In this document: one piece after another, positions 39,070 through 52,772 of the stretch
Layout of the letters: each line of letters starts with the position of its first letter
Position numbering within the stretch: position 1 is the stretch's first letter
Assembly: GCF_006345805.1 (NCBI RefSeq)
Contig: NC_043004.1
Location: forward strand, 28,148,001-28,212,000
DNA from: Octopus sinensis
Taxonomy: Eukaryota
DNA length: 64,000 nt
Direction of reading: 5' to 3'
The notes under the pieces: model-generated
The model's input: the letters and a program-made list of their open reading frames with translations, nothing else
Databases searched by the model: none
What the model was told of the DNA's origin: nothing
Made by a program: the position numbers and the translations under genes

Positions 39070-42060
39070 GAAGCGATGATCAAGCCACGCTCCGACCCCA
39101 CAAGCCCTGATCTACCGCTGGTACCTTTTTTTTCCATTTTTGTCCCGTCTATTCACACGGTTCCTTGCACGCACAACACTCGTGCAACATGCTTCCATCT
39201 CTTTTGGAACGTACACTCCGACAGACATCTCTTCTCCAGCCACAGCTTCCTTTTCAAATGAAAAGAAAAAAATAATCGTAAATTGTGGCCAGAGATAAAA
39301 TTGCCAGTCTTAATTCCTTTTAGCCTAGTCTTCCATACTGTGTCTTTCGCTATTGCTACAACCGTGAGAAAACAATTTTTACCTTCGTTCGTTAAAACTC
39401 CCGGTGGGTCAATTTTTATAATTGACTCAGTCGACAGCTGTACTCTTCCGACGCCAGACAACAGGTGTTCAGCAGAAGCCCACATTTCAGTTATCTCCGG
39501 ACACTGAACAATAGCGTGAGGAACGGTTTCCCTGTCCCCCCGCCCCGCATCTTGGACAGGTCGGCAACTGACATTTACCGTTTCTTGCGAGCTTATCCCA
39601 AACGAGCAAGGCAACTCTAACATTGCCAGGTTAAGGACTTTTGGAAGTTGTCCAACGTTCTCAACCCGAATGTACGGCGAAATAGGCTGTCCAGTTGAAT
39701 AAACGCGAGACCTAGAGTCGCCCCCAGGCCATCGTCGCATTCTGACTCTACCAGCCCACTATATAAAATCTGTATGGAACCCCCACCGAGCGCCGGAATA
39801 GCAAGAGGGCTTTACGGCACTCTGTATGCCACTCACTCGACCTCGGTCTACGAGAACACCAGGCTTCCCGTTCGCAAAAACTTTTGAACTCGGGGAGCCT
39901 TTGTCTGGCCAGCGGAGACCACACCTGTTCACTATCCCGGAGAATCCAGAGGTGCCTCAACCTCAACGCATGTCTGTGCATCATTAACCAAGGCATCCCT
40001 AAACCTCACTTTAAAGGCTTTTGACAGCAGACAGAGCGTTTCACAAATGGCGACCTGCCCTTCCACATAAAAGCGAAAGAGCTGTGTCTCCAACCTGATA
40101 AACCACGAATCCGGACAGGGTACGACGGTCAGGCGGTAGGTAACGACCGATGCGAAAAAAACGTTCGCCACTTCCGCCCTCCCTTTCAGGGATAGCCACC
40201 GCCCAAACCAGGTTTTTACTACTGCAGCTACCCTGCTCAATATCTCTATCCAGTTCTTCTCTATCTGAAGGCATGGTCCAAACCAAACTCCCAGCAACTT
40301 AACTGGTCCCTCCGTCCAGCGCCCAACAACGCAGTATGGGCTCGAGAACCATCACATACAAAAGTGGTGGGAGAGACATCCTTGACAAACTGAGCGTTTG
40401 ATGCAGAACGGTTTCGAAAGGAAACCGTTCACCCGAACTACCGAGTCAATGTTGTAGTACAAAACGATAAACCACCTGAGGAAGCTAAGGCCCAGGCCGA
40501 ATCGCGCAAGCACAGTTGCCAAGTATCGATGGTCAACCGTATCAAAAGCTTTAGACTGGTCCAAATGCACCAATGCCCCACCTTTGCCAGATTTATTACC
40601 AACCCTCTCTATGGTATAGCGAATAAGATGGAGGTATCCTGAATGGTTCTGCCTGGGATTGCACATGTTTGTGCCTCCTCAACTATATCATTCGTGACAT
40701 GCGCCAACCTCTTTGCTAAGACCTTGGCCAAAATCTTCACTTCTGCCTTTAACAGAGTGATGGGCCTGAAATTCTCTATAACGTCCCCCTTGTTCGGGCC
40801 CTTTCTGACTAACGTCACTACTCCCCAGCGCACAGATATGGGGATAAACCCATTCTGTTGCCAGTTCGCGTACACGTCAGCCAGTAGTTGCCCGAACAAG
40901 TCTGGCATACATATATACAGCTCGTACAGAAACCATCAAGTCCCGGTGACTTTCTCGCTTTACAGTCGGCCAAAGACCCCATCACCTCCACAAGCGTGAT
41001 TGGCCCTTCGCAAGACTCCGCATCCGACCTCGAGAGACACGGCAGCCCGGCAAGAAAGTCCTCGAGGGCTCTCCCACCACCAGGACCGCTGCCACCCCCG
41101 AATGGCTGGGTGAAGTACTCCAGAAAGGCCTCACACATTTTCTCTGGTTCGTTTACCAAGACACCATTTTGATTTGTTAAAGACCGAATAGAGGAACTAT
41201 TTCCTTGCCGAGCTTCTACCACTCGGGCCCATCCAGCGGCCTTGGTTCCTTCACTTTCCATCGCACGTAACTTAGCTCTGTCAATACTTCCCATGTTTTG
41301 GGCTTCAAGATGCTGGTTTAACTCCAGTCTTTTCACTTTTCCCTTGGTCCGCATTACCAGCCTCCATGCTACTTCTAGTTCCTTAACTAGACCATCTCCA
41401 ATTCTTTGTCCCTTCTTAGCTAAACTTATGCTAAACCTAATAGACTCATATTTGATGGCTCTTTTTAGGGCGTACTACCATTTGTTAATGATGGTACCTG
41501 TTAATGGCCTCTGTATTAACATCTTGATCCGCTTTCTGTACACCTCAATCGCCAAAAGGGTCGTATTGAGTTTCCTGTAGCCAGATCCCTGACTATGCAA
41601 CTGATCTACCGTCAGTTTACAGGTAACCATCTTGTGGTCAGTGTAGCTGACTAGAAAAAAACTGTGGACACTCGACTATAGACTTATCTGTTTCTCTAGT
41701 CAAAATCCGCTGACGCAAAACTTTTCTTTTCTTCATTGTGGATGGTCCTTCCTTCTGTCTTTCTTTTGGTGTTCGTAAATCTTGGTAATGTTGGAAATTC
41801 GCTTTCCGACACATCAGAAACGTTATCAAAAATTAAGCTTTCTATTTTCTTTGCTTCTCGCTCAATCGATGATTCTTCCCCGACGATGAATACGAATTTT
41901 CGGCATCTTGCCAGCAATTAATGTTTTCCCCCACAGGGGAAAACCACAGATAGCTTTCGAAAGAAAACTATACTAAAATTTTTTTTCAACAAGTCCAACA
42001 ATAGGCAAAACAAGAGATATAACAATTAACAGAAACTTACAAACACACTCCAACAATAAA
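39070..42060 (-). mobile_element. Tx1/L1-clade LINE, decayed ORF2 (EN tail, RT, C-terminal knuckle) with internal deletions
   Basis: DHKMVT; KSPGLDG; GVVTLVRKG..NFRPITLLKAEVKILAKVLAKRL; LDQSKAFDTVDH; QGC.SPLLY; KLLGVWFG; LSLKGRAEV; GDRETVPHAIVQCP. Confidence 0.9.
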
Positions 42061-42077
42061 TTTACAGTAACAGACAG

Positions 42078-42505
42078 AGGAATTGCATATTTCTTTACTA
42101 CCCACAATTGGCTAAACACAGAGTGGACAAACAAGGACAGACAAACGGATTAAGTCGATTATATTGACCCCAGTACGTAACTGGTACTTATTTAATCGAC
42201 CCCGAAAGGATGAAAGGCAAAGCCGACCTCGGCGGAATTTATATTCGGAACGTTTCGGCAGACAAAATACCTATTTCTTTATTACCCACAAGGGGCTAAA
42301 CACAGAGGGGACAAACAAGGACAGACATAGGTATTAAGTCGATTACATCGACCCCAGTGCGTAACTGGTACTTATTTAATCGACCCCCGAAAGGATGAAA
42401 GGCAAAGTCGACCTCGGCGGAATTTGAATTCGGAACGTAGCGGCAGACGAAATACCGCTAAGCATTTTGCCCGGCGCGCTAACGTTTCTGCCAGCTGGCG
42501 GCCTT
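42078..42505 (-). mobile_element. SINE family A with an internally duplicated core
   Basis: Two GACCCCAGT..ATCGACCCCGAAAGGATGAAAGGCAAAG cores in tandem; head at ~42490-42505. Confidence 0.85.
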
Positions 42506-42707
42506 CCTTTTTGGGATATTGACATTGAAATCAACTTCATTGTAGGCCTTTGAGAATTGATCAACACGCATTTTAGACTCATCTTATGCTAGCTGTCCAA
42601 TGTTATCGGTAAAAAAACATGTCTCACAGCCTTAGATTTCTAACTCTGATATTCCTTTGTCATCTGCTAAGATTGAACTGTTTAACAACATATTTTGATA
42701 TATTATA

Positions 42708-42880
42708 GGCGCAGGCATGGCTGTGTGGTAAGATGTTTGCTTCCCAACTACATGGTTCCGGGTTCAGTTCCACTGCGTGGAACCTTGGGCAAGTGCCTTC
42801 TATTATAGCTTCGGGTCGACCAAAGCCATGTGAGTGGATCTGGTAAACGGAATCTGAAAGAAACCCGTCGTGTATATATA

Positions 42881-42911
<31 letters not shown>

Positions 42912-43125
42912 CTGTGTGTGCATGTGTGTTTGTGTATCTGTGTTTGTTCCCCTCCACCATCGTTTGACAACTGATGTTGGTGTGCTTATGACCCCGTAAC
43001 TTAGCGGTTCGGTAAAAGCGACCGATGGAATAAGTACTAGGTTCACAAAGAATAAATCTTGGGATCGATTTCTTCCACTAAAAAGGCTATGCCCCAGCAT
43101 GGCCGCAGTCAAATGACTGAAACTA
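42708..43125 (+). mobile_element. SINE family B
   Basis: GGCGCAGGCATGGCTGTGTGGTAAG head, internal (TG)n and CAGCATGGCCGCAGTCAAATGACTGAAAC tail. Confidence 0.85.
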
Positions 43126-43630
43126 ATTAAATAATATTGTAAATGTAAAACTAATTAAAGAATAATGTAAACTTCAGGTGGTGGTGGTGGTGGTATGGTC
43201 TGAAGGCCCTGCAGCATAGCATAAACATGATATTGAAAACAATATTTACTAACTATTTCTAGAACATAAAATGCCAGAATGTATGGCACGTTATACACAC
43301 GAAGTTGGGAGGACAATTATATTTGGTGCAGGCTCTCTGCATACTATCACGACACACTAAGTGAAAAGCCATCGTGCTATAAACAACGGTCATATACTGG
43401 ACCTAATATTACTCTCCTCTTGGAAAGTCATTGCAGAAATTATTCCAGTAGAAACCCTCTTTCAACGGAAGTTGCACTGAATTTCTGATAAGAAATCGTT
43501 TGTGGCCACTTGGTGAATGGGATAACTTTAAAATATTCTTGCCAAGCTGGAAATACCTGTATGATTGACACATATCTGTTACCTTTTCTTGACACACACA
43601 CACACACACACACACAAAGATAGATACATC

Positions 43631-43667
<37 letters not shown>

Positions 43668-43680
43668 TATATATATATAT

Positions 43681-43712
<32 letters not shown>

Positions 43713-43748
43713 TATAATATATATCTATATATATATCTATATATATAT

Positions 43749-43782
<34 letters not shown>

Positions 43783-43965
43783 CTAAGCAATAAGGGTTTA
43801 GCAACGAATTGCCTTACCACATACCGAATTTAGAAATAACAGTCAAAGGGTATAGCTATTTCTTCTACTAAAAGGGAGATCTCAGTAAAAACAGCAATTG
43901 GAAGGCTGACACAAACAGGTAAGAGAGAAGGAATTAACTGCAATCTATCAAACATTTTTAAGTTA

Positions 43966-44070
43966 TCTACGGACGTACGTTTCGAAATCAAGTTTTTAGG
44001 AAAGCATAAGAATTAAATATTAAATTAAATAATTCTATCTTACCGAAACTTCTTTTCTCTTCAGCGTAGA
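43966..44070 (-). ncRNA. Type I hammerhead ribozyme, unit 1
   Basis: Minus-strand RNA: UCUACG CUGAAGA GAAA..UUUC GAAA C GUAC GUC CGUAGA. It has a 6-bp stem I, an intact core, a palindromic stem III (ACGUACGU) and a GUC cleavage triplet. Confidence 0.8.
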
Positions 44071-44562
44071 ATACTATAATCAAATGATTATATATTGAAT
44101 TTTGAGATACTAGGAGGCACCAACTCAACTCAGTATCAGAGCGAGCTAGAATCCGCAACTAGTATCACCGAATTCAATTTGTGAATGAAACGATTGTGTC
44201 ACAGCCCCTTCCCACCCGCGTGTAGCCAAACAAGATGCTGATGTGGTCATCTACTGAGATAACATATGGTTATCCGTAATAATGAAGGGTGAAATTAATT
44301 AATTTGGAATAATTATCAATTACACCAAGTAGTCTTCGGCATGTAAAAGCCTCATTCGAGGAAAATTTAAGTAATACTAAGATAGGGTTTAGCAACGAAT
44401 TGCCTTACCACATACCGAATTTAGAAAATAGCAAGTCAAAGGGTTTATAGCTATTTCTCTACTAAAAGGGAGATCTCAGAATACAAAACAGCAATTGGAA
44501 GGCTGACACAAAAGGTAACAGACGAATGACATTACTGCAATCTATCAAACATTTTTAAGTTA

Positions 44563-44668
44563 TATACGGACGTACGTTTCGAATCAAGTTTTTAGGAAAG
44601 CATAAGAATTAAATATTAAATATTAAATAATTCTATCTTACCGAAACTTCTTTTCTCTTCAGCGTAGA
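44563..44668 (-). ncRNA. Type I hammerhead ribozyme, unit 2
   Basis: Same intact core CUGAAGA..GAAAC GUAC GUC; stem I has one mismatch and stem II is one base shorter. Confidence 0.75.
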
Positions 44669-45099
44669 ATACTATAATCATAAATGATTATATATTGAAT
44701 TTTGAGATATAGCAGGCACCAACTCAACTCAGTATCAGAGCGAGCTAGAATCCGCAACTAGTATCACCGAATTCAAATTTTGAATGAAACGTTGTGTCAA
44801 CAGCCCTTCCCACTCGCGTGTAGCCAAAAACGATGCTGTGGTCATCTACTGAGATAAAATATGGTCCGTAATAATGAAGGGTGAAATTAATTAATTTGGA
44901 ATAATTATCAATTACACCAAGTAGTCTTCGGCATGTAAAAGCTCATTCGAGGAAAATTTAAGTAATACTAAGCAATAAGGGTTTAGCAACGGAAATTGCC
45001 TTACCACATACCGAATTAGAAATAGCAGTCAAGGGGTTATAGCTATTTTTCTACTATAGCTATTTCTTCTATATATATATATATATATATAATATATAT

Positions 45100-45306
45100 A
45101 TACTCTTGTACTCTTTTAAGTGTTTCAGTCATTTGACTGCGGCCATGCTGGAGCACCGCCTTTAGTCGAGCAAACGACCCGGGACTTATTCTTTGTAAGC
45201 CAGTACTTATTCTATCGGTCTCTTTTTGCCGAACCGCTAAGTGACGGGACGTAAACACACCAGTATCGGTTGTCAAGCAATGCAAGGAGGACAAACAAAC
45301 AGACAA

Positions 45307-45346
<40 letters not shown>

Positions 45347-45351
45347 CACAT

Positions 45352-45393
<42 letters not shown>

Positions 45394-45551
45394 TACGACA
45401 GGCTTCTTTCGGTTTCCGTTTACCAAATCCACTCACAAGGCATTGGTCGGGCCGAGGCTATAGCAGAAGACACTTGCCCAAAATACCACGCAGTGGGACT
45501 GAACCCGGAACCATGTGGTTCGTAAGCAAGCTACTTACCACACAACCACTC
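45100..45551 (-). mobile_element. SINE family B
   Basis: Reverse complement of the family-B consensus seen at 42708 and 57432. Confidence 0.85.
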
Positions 45552-45763
45552 CACACCTACACACACACACGCGCACATAAGCCTGTGTGGAGGCATGGGT
45601 GTATCCATATACTTTCAGTGCATTTGTGCGTTTGTGTGTTTCTGTGTACGAGTATATCTGCGTTATACACGCTGCCTATAAAAACTGCTTCTATATGTAT
45701 GCGCACAGATAGATTCATATAAAAGATGTATCTTTATTGCGTCGTTTCAGAATCTGCTGCGCG

Positions 45764-45798
<35 letters not shown>

Positions 45799-46126
45799 CA
45801 TGTAAACAAGATTACATACACACAGGTATATGTATGTGTATGTGTTGTGTAATATATTTATATATATATATATATATAATATATATATTATATATACATA
45901 CATGTGTGTGTACGTGTTATATATATATATATATATATATAGGTAGTATGTATGTATGTATATATATATATATATAATCTTATAATAAGGACTTTTATGA
46001 CTTTTATTACTACCTCAGTCCATCTAAATGTATATATCTGTCGTTACCTTTCATAAAAAGCCTTGTCTTATTTTCCCCTTACATTTCCACGTGTACTTCT
46101 ATTTTAATTTTGTAACATATTTCTAT

Positions 46127-46173
<47 letters not shown>

Positions 46174-46844
46174 GGAGTCAACGAAGTAGGGGTGGCTGAA
46201 GAAGGGGAATTTTCCTTGTGTTGTATGTCTTGTACTCTGTTTTTTCGTTGTTTAAAAATTTCCGTTCCATGGTTTTGTTTTTTTATGTTTTCGTTTCTCA
46301 TTGACTTCGACATTTTTGGGGTGTCCTGTACCCATATATGCATGTATATATACATATATATGTAGGTACGTACAATATGTATGTATATTTGCATATGTTT
46401 TATTTATTATTTTGTTATTATATATATTATATATATATTATATATTATATTATATATATACATACAATTTTAAACAATGGCAAAAGAAAAATTATTTCTA
46501 TGCCAATATGTTGAGAACAGACTTTAAATCGTCAATCACCATATTTGATCCTATATATATATATATCCACATACACGTGTGAGAGAGCAAGCATGTGCGA
46601 TCGCACGCGCATGTATATATATATTTATATATATATGTATGCATTTATGCATCACTTATGTATATATGTATGCGTGTATGTTAACAAGAGTGCGGGTTTA
46701 GTTTAATCCGTCGCATATTCAGGTAGTACACATCATAGAATTGAGAACAATTCATACAGGTGACCAATTGAACGAAATACTGTTCGAAGTATTACTGATA
46801 GTTATATATAGTTGGTCATATCTGTGTACGGTATTATATGTACA

Positions 46845-46889
<45 letters not shown>

Positions 46890-46956
46890 TATATATACTA
46901 TATATATATGAGAAATCTCTATAAGAGATGGCGATAAACAAATATGTGTGTGTGTA

Positions 46957-47056
46957 NNNNNNNNNNNNNNNNNNNNNNNNNNNNNNNNNNNNNNNNNNNN
47001 NNNNNNNNNNNNNNNNNNNNNNNNNNNNNNNNNNNNNNNNNNNNNNNNNNNNNNNN
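46957..47056. other. Assembly gap (100 N)
   Basis: Seen directly; flanked by (TG)n. Confidence 1.
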
Positions 47057-47377
47057 GTGTGTGTGTGTGTGTTGTGTTGCTTGTACTGCCTTCTTTCGCA
47101 TCCGAGCAAGGCTGACAAAATTTTCAATATGGCGTCTGCTATGTTATTTCTGGTAGTATAGTATCATCAGCCGACAATCGTTTCGGCAAGATAATAAAAA
47201 CGGCTTTCCTAGTTTCCAAGCATGCATTACAGCTGAGCAAGAGATAGCTACGTGTGTGTGTGTGTGTGAACAGATATCTCTGCAAATAACATACTTGAAA
47301 CCTATTTATAAAACACGTGGCTAAAAGATCTAGATTATAACATACATTCATATTAAATATATCTCTCTCTCAATCTC

Positions 47378-47411
<34 letters not shown>

Positions 47412-48552
47412 TTATAAATTCTTCCAATAAATTTTAATAGTAAATATACCGTTCATGCACAGAGAAAGAGAGAGGGGAGAGAGAGAGAGGAAGCGAACTA
47501 ATTTTCTCTGTTAATGAATGTAGTTGTTCATATTGCCATGTAGGAGGCAAGTTGATAGTTTCCCGTTACAACTCTTCTCCTGCAACCGTATATCGTCGGT
47601 CTTTTCCTATTGTTATTCGACATTGATATATTATTGTAGTGGAATGAGCAGTAGAACGCATAGTATTAAGATTTCTAGACAAGCATCTCGGTCGATTTGT
47701 TTAGGTTCATCGTATTAATATTTCTTCTTAGTCCCTTATGAGGTAAACATCCGTTTATACCATCTATAATACCATTCTCATCACTTGGCCAGTATCATAT
47801 TTTAATCCCGTGTCTGTCAAACGCTGACATATTGCCATGGTAACGATGCTTAGAATGAAGTACATGTGGAGGCAGTGTGTGTGTGTGACATGAGGCTTTG
47901 AATATAGTTCAGTATTGGGGGCGTTATACAGACACTAGCTATACGTGTAATAGTGTGATTATATTGATATTTCTAAAATAGTTTCTTCTGAAATATAATA
48001 CACAATTCATTCAACTAATTACTGATAAAATAACATTTTAACGATCCCTATTTCACATATTGTTCCTATTATTAAAACACTGCTAGTCTTCACACACACA
48101 CACACATTCACACACACACACACACACATTCACTCACACACACACACACTTTCTTATAGACAGAGCCAAAACATATGGTAGCTTTTCTTTTTATTTTTAA
48201 GACTCAAGTCTACCATCTATTTTGTGTCTAATCGATTCAATCGATTAACCTGCTTTCCCAGATGTCAGGCTTTGTGCCTTATTATTATAACTGTTATTAT
48301 TATTATTATTATTATCATCATCATCATCATCATCATTATTATTATTGTTGTTGTTATTTGTTTTTTTTATTGATATAATCATTAGAGCGTCGAGTAAAAT
48401 GCCTTTGCAATATTTACCGTTCTTCTGGTCTTAATTCATGTCGAACACAACCTTGCATTTTATACCCTCACCCATGTATGGAATAAAGTACTAGAAAAGT
48501 ACTAACCCCCTCCCCTAAAACTACTGGCCATCTGCCAGAATTTGAAACCATG

Positions 48553-48603
<51 letters not shown>

Positions 48604-49062
48604 GCTGTTGTTGTTGTATATTTTTATGATATAAATTTACACGTAATGACGGTCACGTATGGAAAGGAAACTATTAATTTGAACGAAAGGTAAACTCTAC
48701 CATATTGTCCACAACATAGTCGACTTTACACGTAACACAGTCATGTAAAAATATTTAACTTGGATATAATTCTCTTTCCTCTGTCTATACCTGTTATCAT
48801 TATTATTCCTAATTTAATATTTCTATTTACTATTGTTGTTACTGCTACGTTTTCTAATATTACTCTACTAATTTCTTTAGTCTAACTAGCCCCACTATTA
48901 TTGCTACTATAACTGTTGAACATTAATTGTTTGTATCTATCTATCCATACATCTGTCCTCACAATAACCGTTCAGAAATTTGATATTTTGCTAACCACTA
49001 TCTGCTCTGTTGGGAATCTGTTAACTACTTGATCTACGCAATATTGTCTTTTAACGTGTCAG

Positions 49063-49149
49063 TAACGGACGAGGACGTTCCTGTGTCGACTACCATCTCA
49101 CCTTATTCAGCCTTTTCAGCTTTAGAAAAATTATATAAATATTTTGAAG
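49063..49149 (+). CDS. Candidate exon 5 (87 nt, phase 1 to 1): (I)TDEDVPVSTTISPYSAFSALEKLYKYFE
   Basis: Acceptor TTGTCTTTTAACGTGTCAG|, donor GAAG|GTAAGA, open frame matching the phase of exon 4. Confidence 0.6.
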
Positions 49150-49452
49150 GTAAGATATATAAAAACCATCGGAAACCTAGAAACACGTGTGCATATTCAC
49201 AAACATACATGCATGCAAGCCTTACATATATTTGTACATGCATTCATACGCATATACATACATGCATACATTTAATGTACACATATATTCAAACAGATTT
49301 AAAGAAAAAAAGGAAACGGTAATAGCTTTGTGTGTGTATGTGTGTGTGCGAGTGTATAAATAGATAGATATGAATATACATTTAGATGTATGTATATATG
49401 TGTACCTAAGTATGTATGAATGCATGTATGTGTGCGTGTATATATATATATA

Positions 49453-49523
<71 letters not shown>

Positions 49524-49566
49524 CCCCAGCATGACCGCAGCCGCATGGCTGAAACGAATAAAAGAG

Positions 49567-49600
<34 letters not shown>

Positions 49601-50267
49601 ATATACATATACACACACACACATGCATCTATGCATACATACATACATATATACATCCATACACGGATACATACATATACATTATGTGTGTACACCTTCC
49701 TAAACATGAGTATACAAAGGTAATTACCTTTCATCTTAGAACCAGCTCACAAAATCAAATTCCCCAGCCTCCAAGTTTATCCCAACATTAAACAAATCTA
49801 TTCTTTATTTCATTTCACTCAGTATCAACATCTCACCTACTAGCATAATCTCTCTCTGTCGTATATTTCATCTCACTTCTATCATTATTCCATCGAATAT
49901 TATTATCATTTCACCTTGTATGGTTATGAATTTGCTGTACAGTCGATAATCTTACGAAAATAGCTTCTCATTTTGTCTGCAATATGGTAGAGTTTACAGG
50001 TAACAGTGTCGTATTCATGCATTAATTAATTTAGTTACTAACTTTCTTTGACATGTTTGTTGATTCGTTACAGCATTGGACAAATACCTTTCAGTATTTC
50101 TTCCAACTCCGTACGTTCTGAGTTTCAAATCTCACCAAAATCAACTCTACCCTTCAAGTAGCAGGATCAATAAATTTTTCCAGTTAACTATTGTAGTCGA
50201 TGATAGTGATTAATTCCCTACCTCAAATTGCGGGCCATGTACTTATATAAGAAACAAATTATTATTA

Positions 50268-50327
<60 letters not shown>

Positions 50328-50328
<1 letters not shown>

Positions 50329-50545
50329 GGCGCGACGAGGTAGCAGAAGCGTTAGCACGCTGGACAAAATGCTTAGCGGTATTTCGTCCGTTGCTACGTC
50401 CTAAGTTCAAATCCCACCGAAGTCATCTTTGCCTTTCATCCTTTCGGGGTCGATGAATTAAGTACCAGTTGAGTACTGGGGTCGATTTAATTGACTATCC
50501 CCCTCCCCCAAAGTTCAGGCCTTGTGCCTATTGCAGGAAGAATTG
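50328..50545 (+). mobile_element. SINE family A following an (ATT)n tract
   Basis: GGCGCGACGAGGTAGCAGAAGCGTTAGCACG head and TTTGCCTTTCATCCTTTCGGGGTCGAT core. Confidence 0.85.
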
Positions 50546-51579
50546 TTATTATTGCTGTTGTTGTCAGGTGTGTCACTCACTATTTTAATAATTAATTTTC
50601 AATTAAATGCGTTTTTCTGCTTCGTTATTTTTTTTTCCACCTTTGTGTTACGTTATCTGTCTGCTTGAATTAGTGAAAGCTAGAGACAGGTGGTCGATTA
50701 AGGGAAGAAAGCCTTAAAAATCGATACCGTATTTCCCATTGAGGAGACACGAAATACGAAGTACTGCGAGCTCAACATGTGTTAGTGCAGTGATACCTAA
50801 CTGCTCGTTCCACCAGCTAATCACATAAAGAGGAGCAATTTCAATGCCTATTGTTTAGTATCTGTTAGCTAATTATGAGATTTGCCTCCCAGCAGAACGA
50901 TCGTCCGATCGATAGACTCGCCCTCGTAAAACATTCACTACAACCAACATTCATTTAGCTCTGATTTCCCCCTCACACATGTATGTATGTATGCATGTAC
51001 GCATGTGTGTATGTATTCGTACATACTTAAACACACATACAAACATACATATTTATATATATATATATATATATATATGTGTACACATATATTTATATGT
51101 TAAATAAATATAAAAATAAATGTGCATATGCTTACATATATGCATATCTATGTGTGAATATATGTGCATGTATGCATGTATGTATTTATCTAATCCTTAC
51201 AATATTTCTGCTCGAGAGCAATCAACTAGAATTCTTTCTTTTCCTTTCTTCGTCTTTGTTATGATTTATAATTACTTATAATTCGAGCTTGCAAGTAGCC
51301 TTCAATTTTTGGGGCATATTTGCGAAACTTCATTGGAATCACCGCTGATGTTGGCTTTTTTTTTAACCTTAAATAGATTAAAATTAGGCCATGTATAAGT
51401 CGAGTCTCTAGTAGGTCATTTAACCTGCTGGAAATAGCAAACAAATATACCCCTATCTTATAATAAATGAAAGGGCATTTTGGATAAGGAGTCCTAGCTA
51501 TGTATGAAATAGTAGATGGGCACGGTTGTAACACATTTCATTATAGTTTTGTTGGACCAGTACTTAGTTAACGCTAAAC

Positions 51580-51672
51580 AACATCAACAACAACAGCAGA
51601 AGCAGCAACAGCAGCAACAGCAGCAGCAACAACAACAACAACAACAACAACAACAGTAGCAACAATAACAAG
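51580..51672. repeat. (CAA/CAG)n trinucleotide tract
   Basis: Seen directly. Confidence 0.9.
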
Positions 51673-52357
51673 AACTTCATGTCAGCTATTAACAATTTTT
51701 GTTCCCTCTCTTAGAATATCGTGACATAATATAAGATTAAACTTGAAGCTGGCGTTAATTCTCTTGTTGGCCTCGCTCTCGTCAGCGGGACTATTTTTAG
51801 CATATATCCCAGCCACCTTCAAAAGCCAAAATCCATTAGCATTTAGGATCTTAGACATGTATCGTGACATCATAGTACCGCAGTGGGGTTATCTAGATCT
51901 TCACTGGACTGATATCTACTTGGGTTATTAATAGATATCAGAAGAAAAAAAAGCTGCTTGCAATAACACCTTATGGTAGCGTTGCATGGTCATGGATGGA
52001 ACGTCCTCCCGCAGAATGACCGACCTGAACTGATTTGAAAAGAAAATACAATAACAAATATCATAGCATGTTCCATAAGACATCACAACAACAAAAAAGT
52101 CATTGGTTACGTTTGCATCATACATGGTAAAATGCGTATAGATTTAAGCTGTTTTAAGAAAACTCTATTCTCTCCAGTGAAGACTAAATTAGGAAATCCA
52201 TCGTTAACACAAAGGTTTCAGTGACGTCACGTCCATGACATCATAGGAATCGAATTATGTAATGTACTTGCTGCAAATACGAGATTTGCACTTTAAACAT
52301 GAACATCAAATTCACCATTTTCTAGCAATCCATACGTAGAAACATGTGGGGATGCGC

Positions 52358-52772
<415 letters not shown>

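Larger units (their letters stand above)
43781..45070 (-). repeat. Tandem array of ~2.2 units of ~595 bp (starts 43781, 44375, 44966), Penelope/retrozyme-like
   Basis: The unit start TACTAAG..GGGTTTAGCAACG recurs at 594- and 591-bp spacing; copies differ mainly by small indels. Confidence 0.9.

Noticed and set aside
47155-47190. Minus-strand GAAACGATTGTC-GG-CTGATGA hammerhead-like motif
   Set aside because: Only 2 nt separate the cleavage triplet from the core, so stem I cannot form, and no valid stem III follows.
52223-52232. CRE palindrome TGACGTCA; also an X-box-like ATTGCCATGGTAAC near 47832
   Set aside because: Short motifs expected by chance in 64 kb, with no promoter context.
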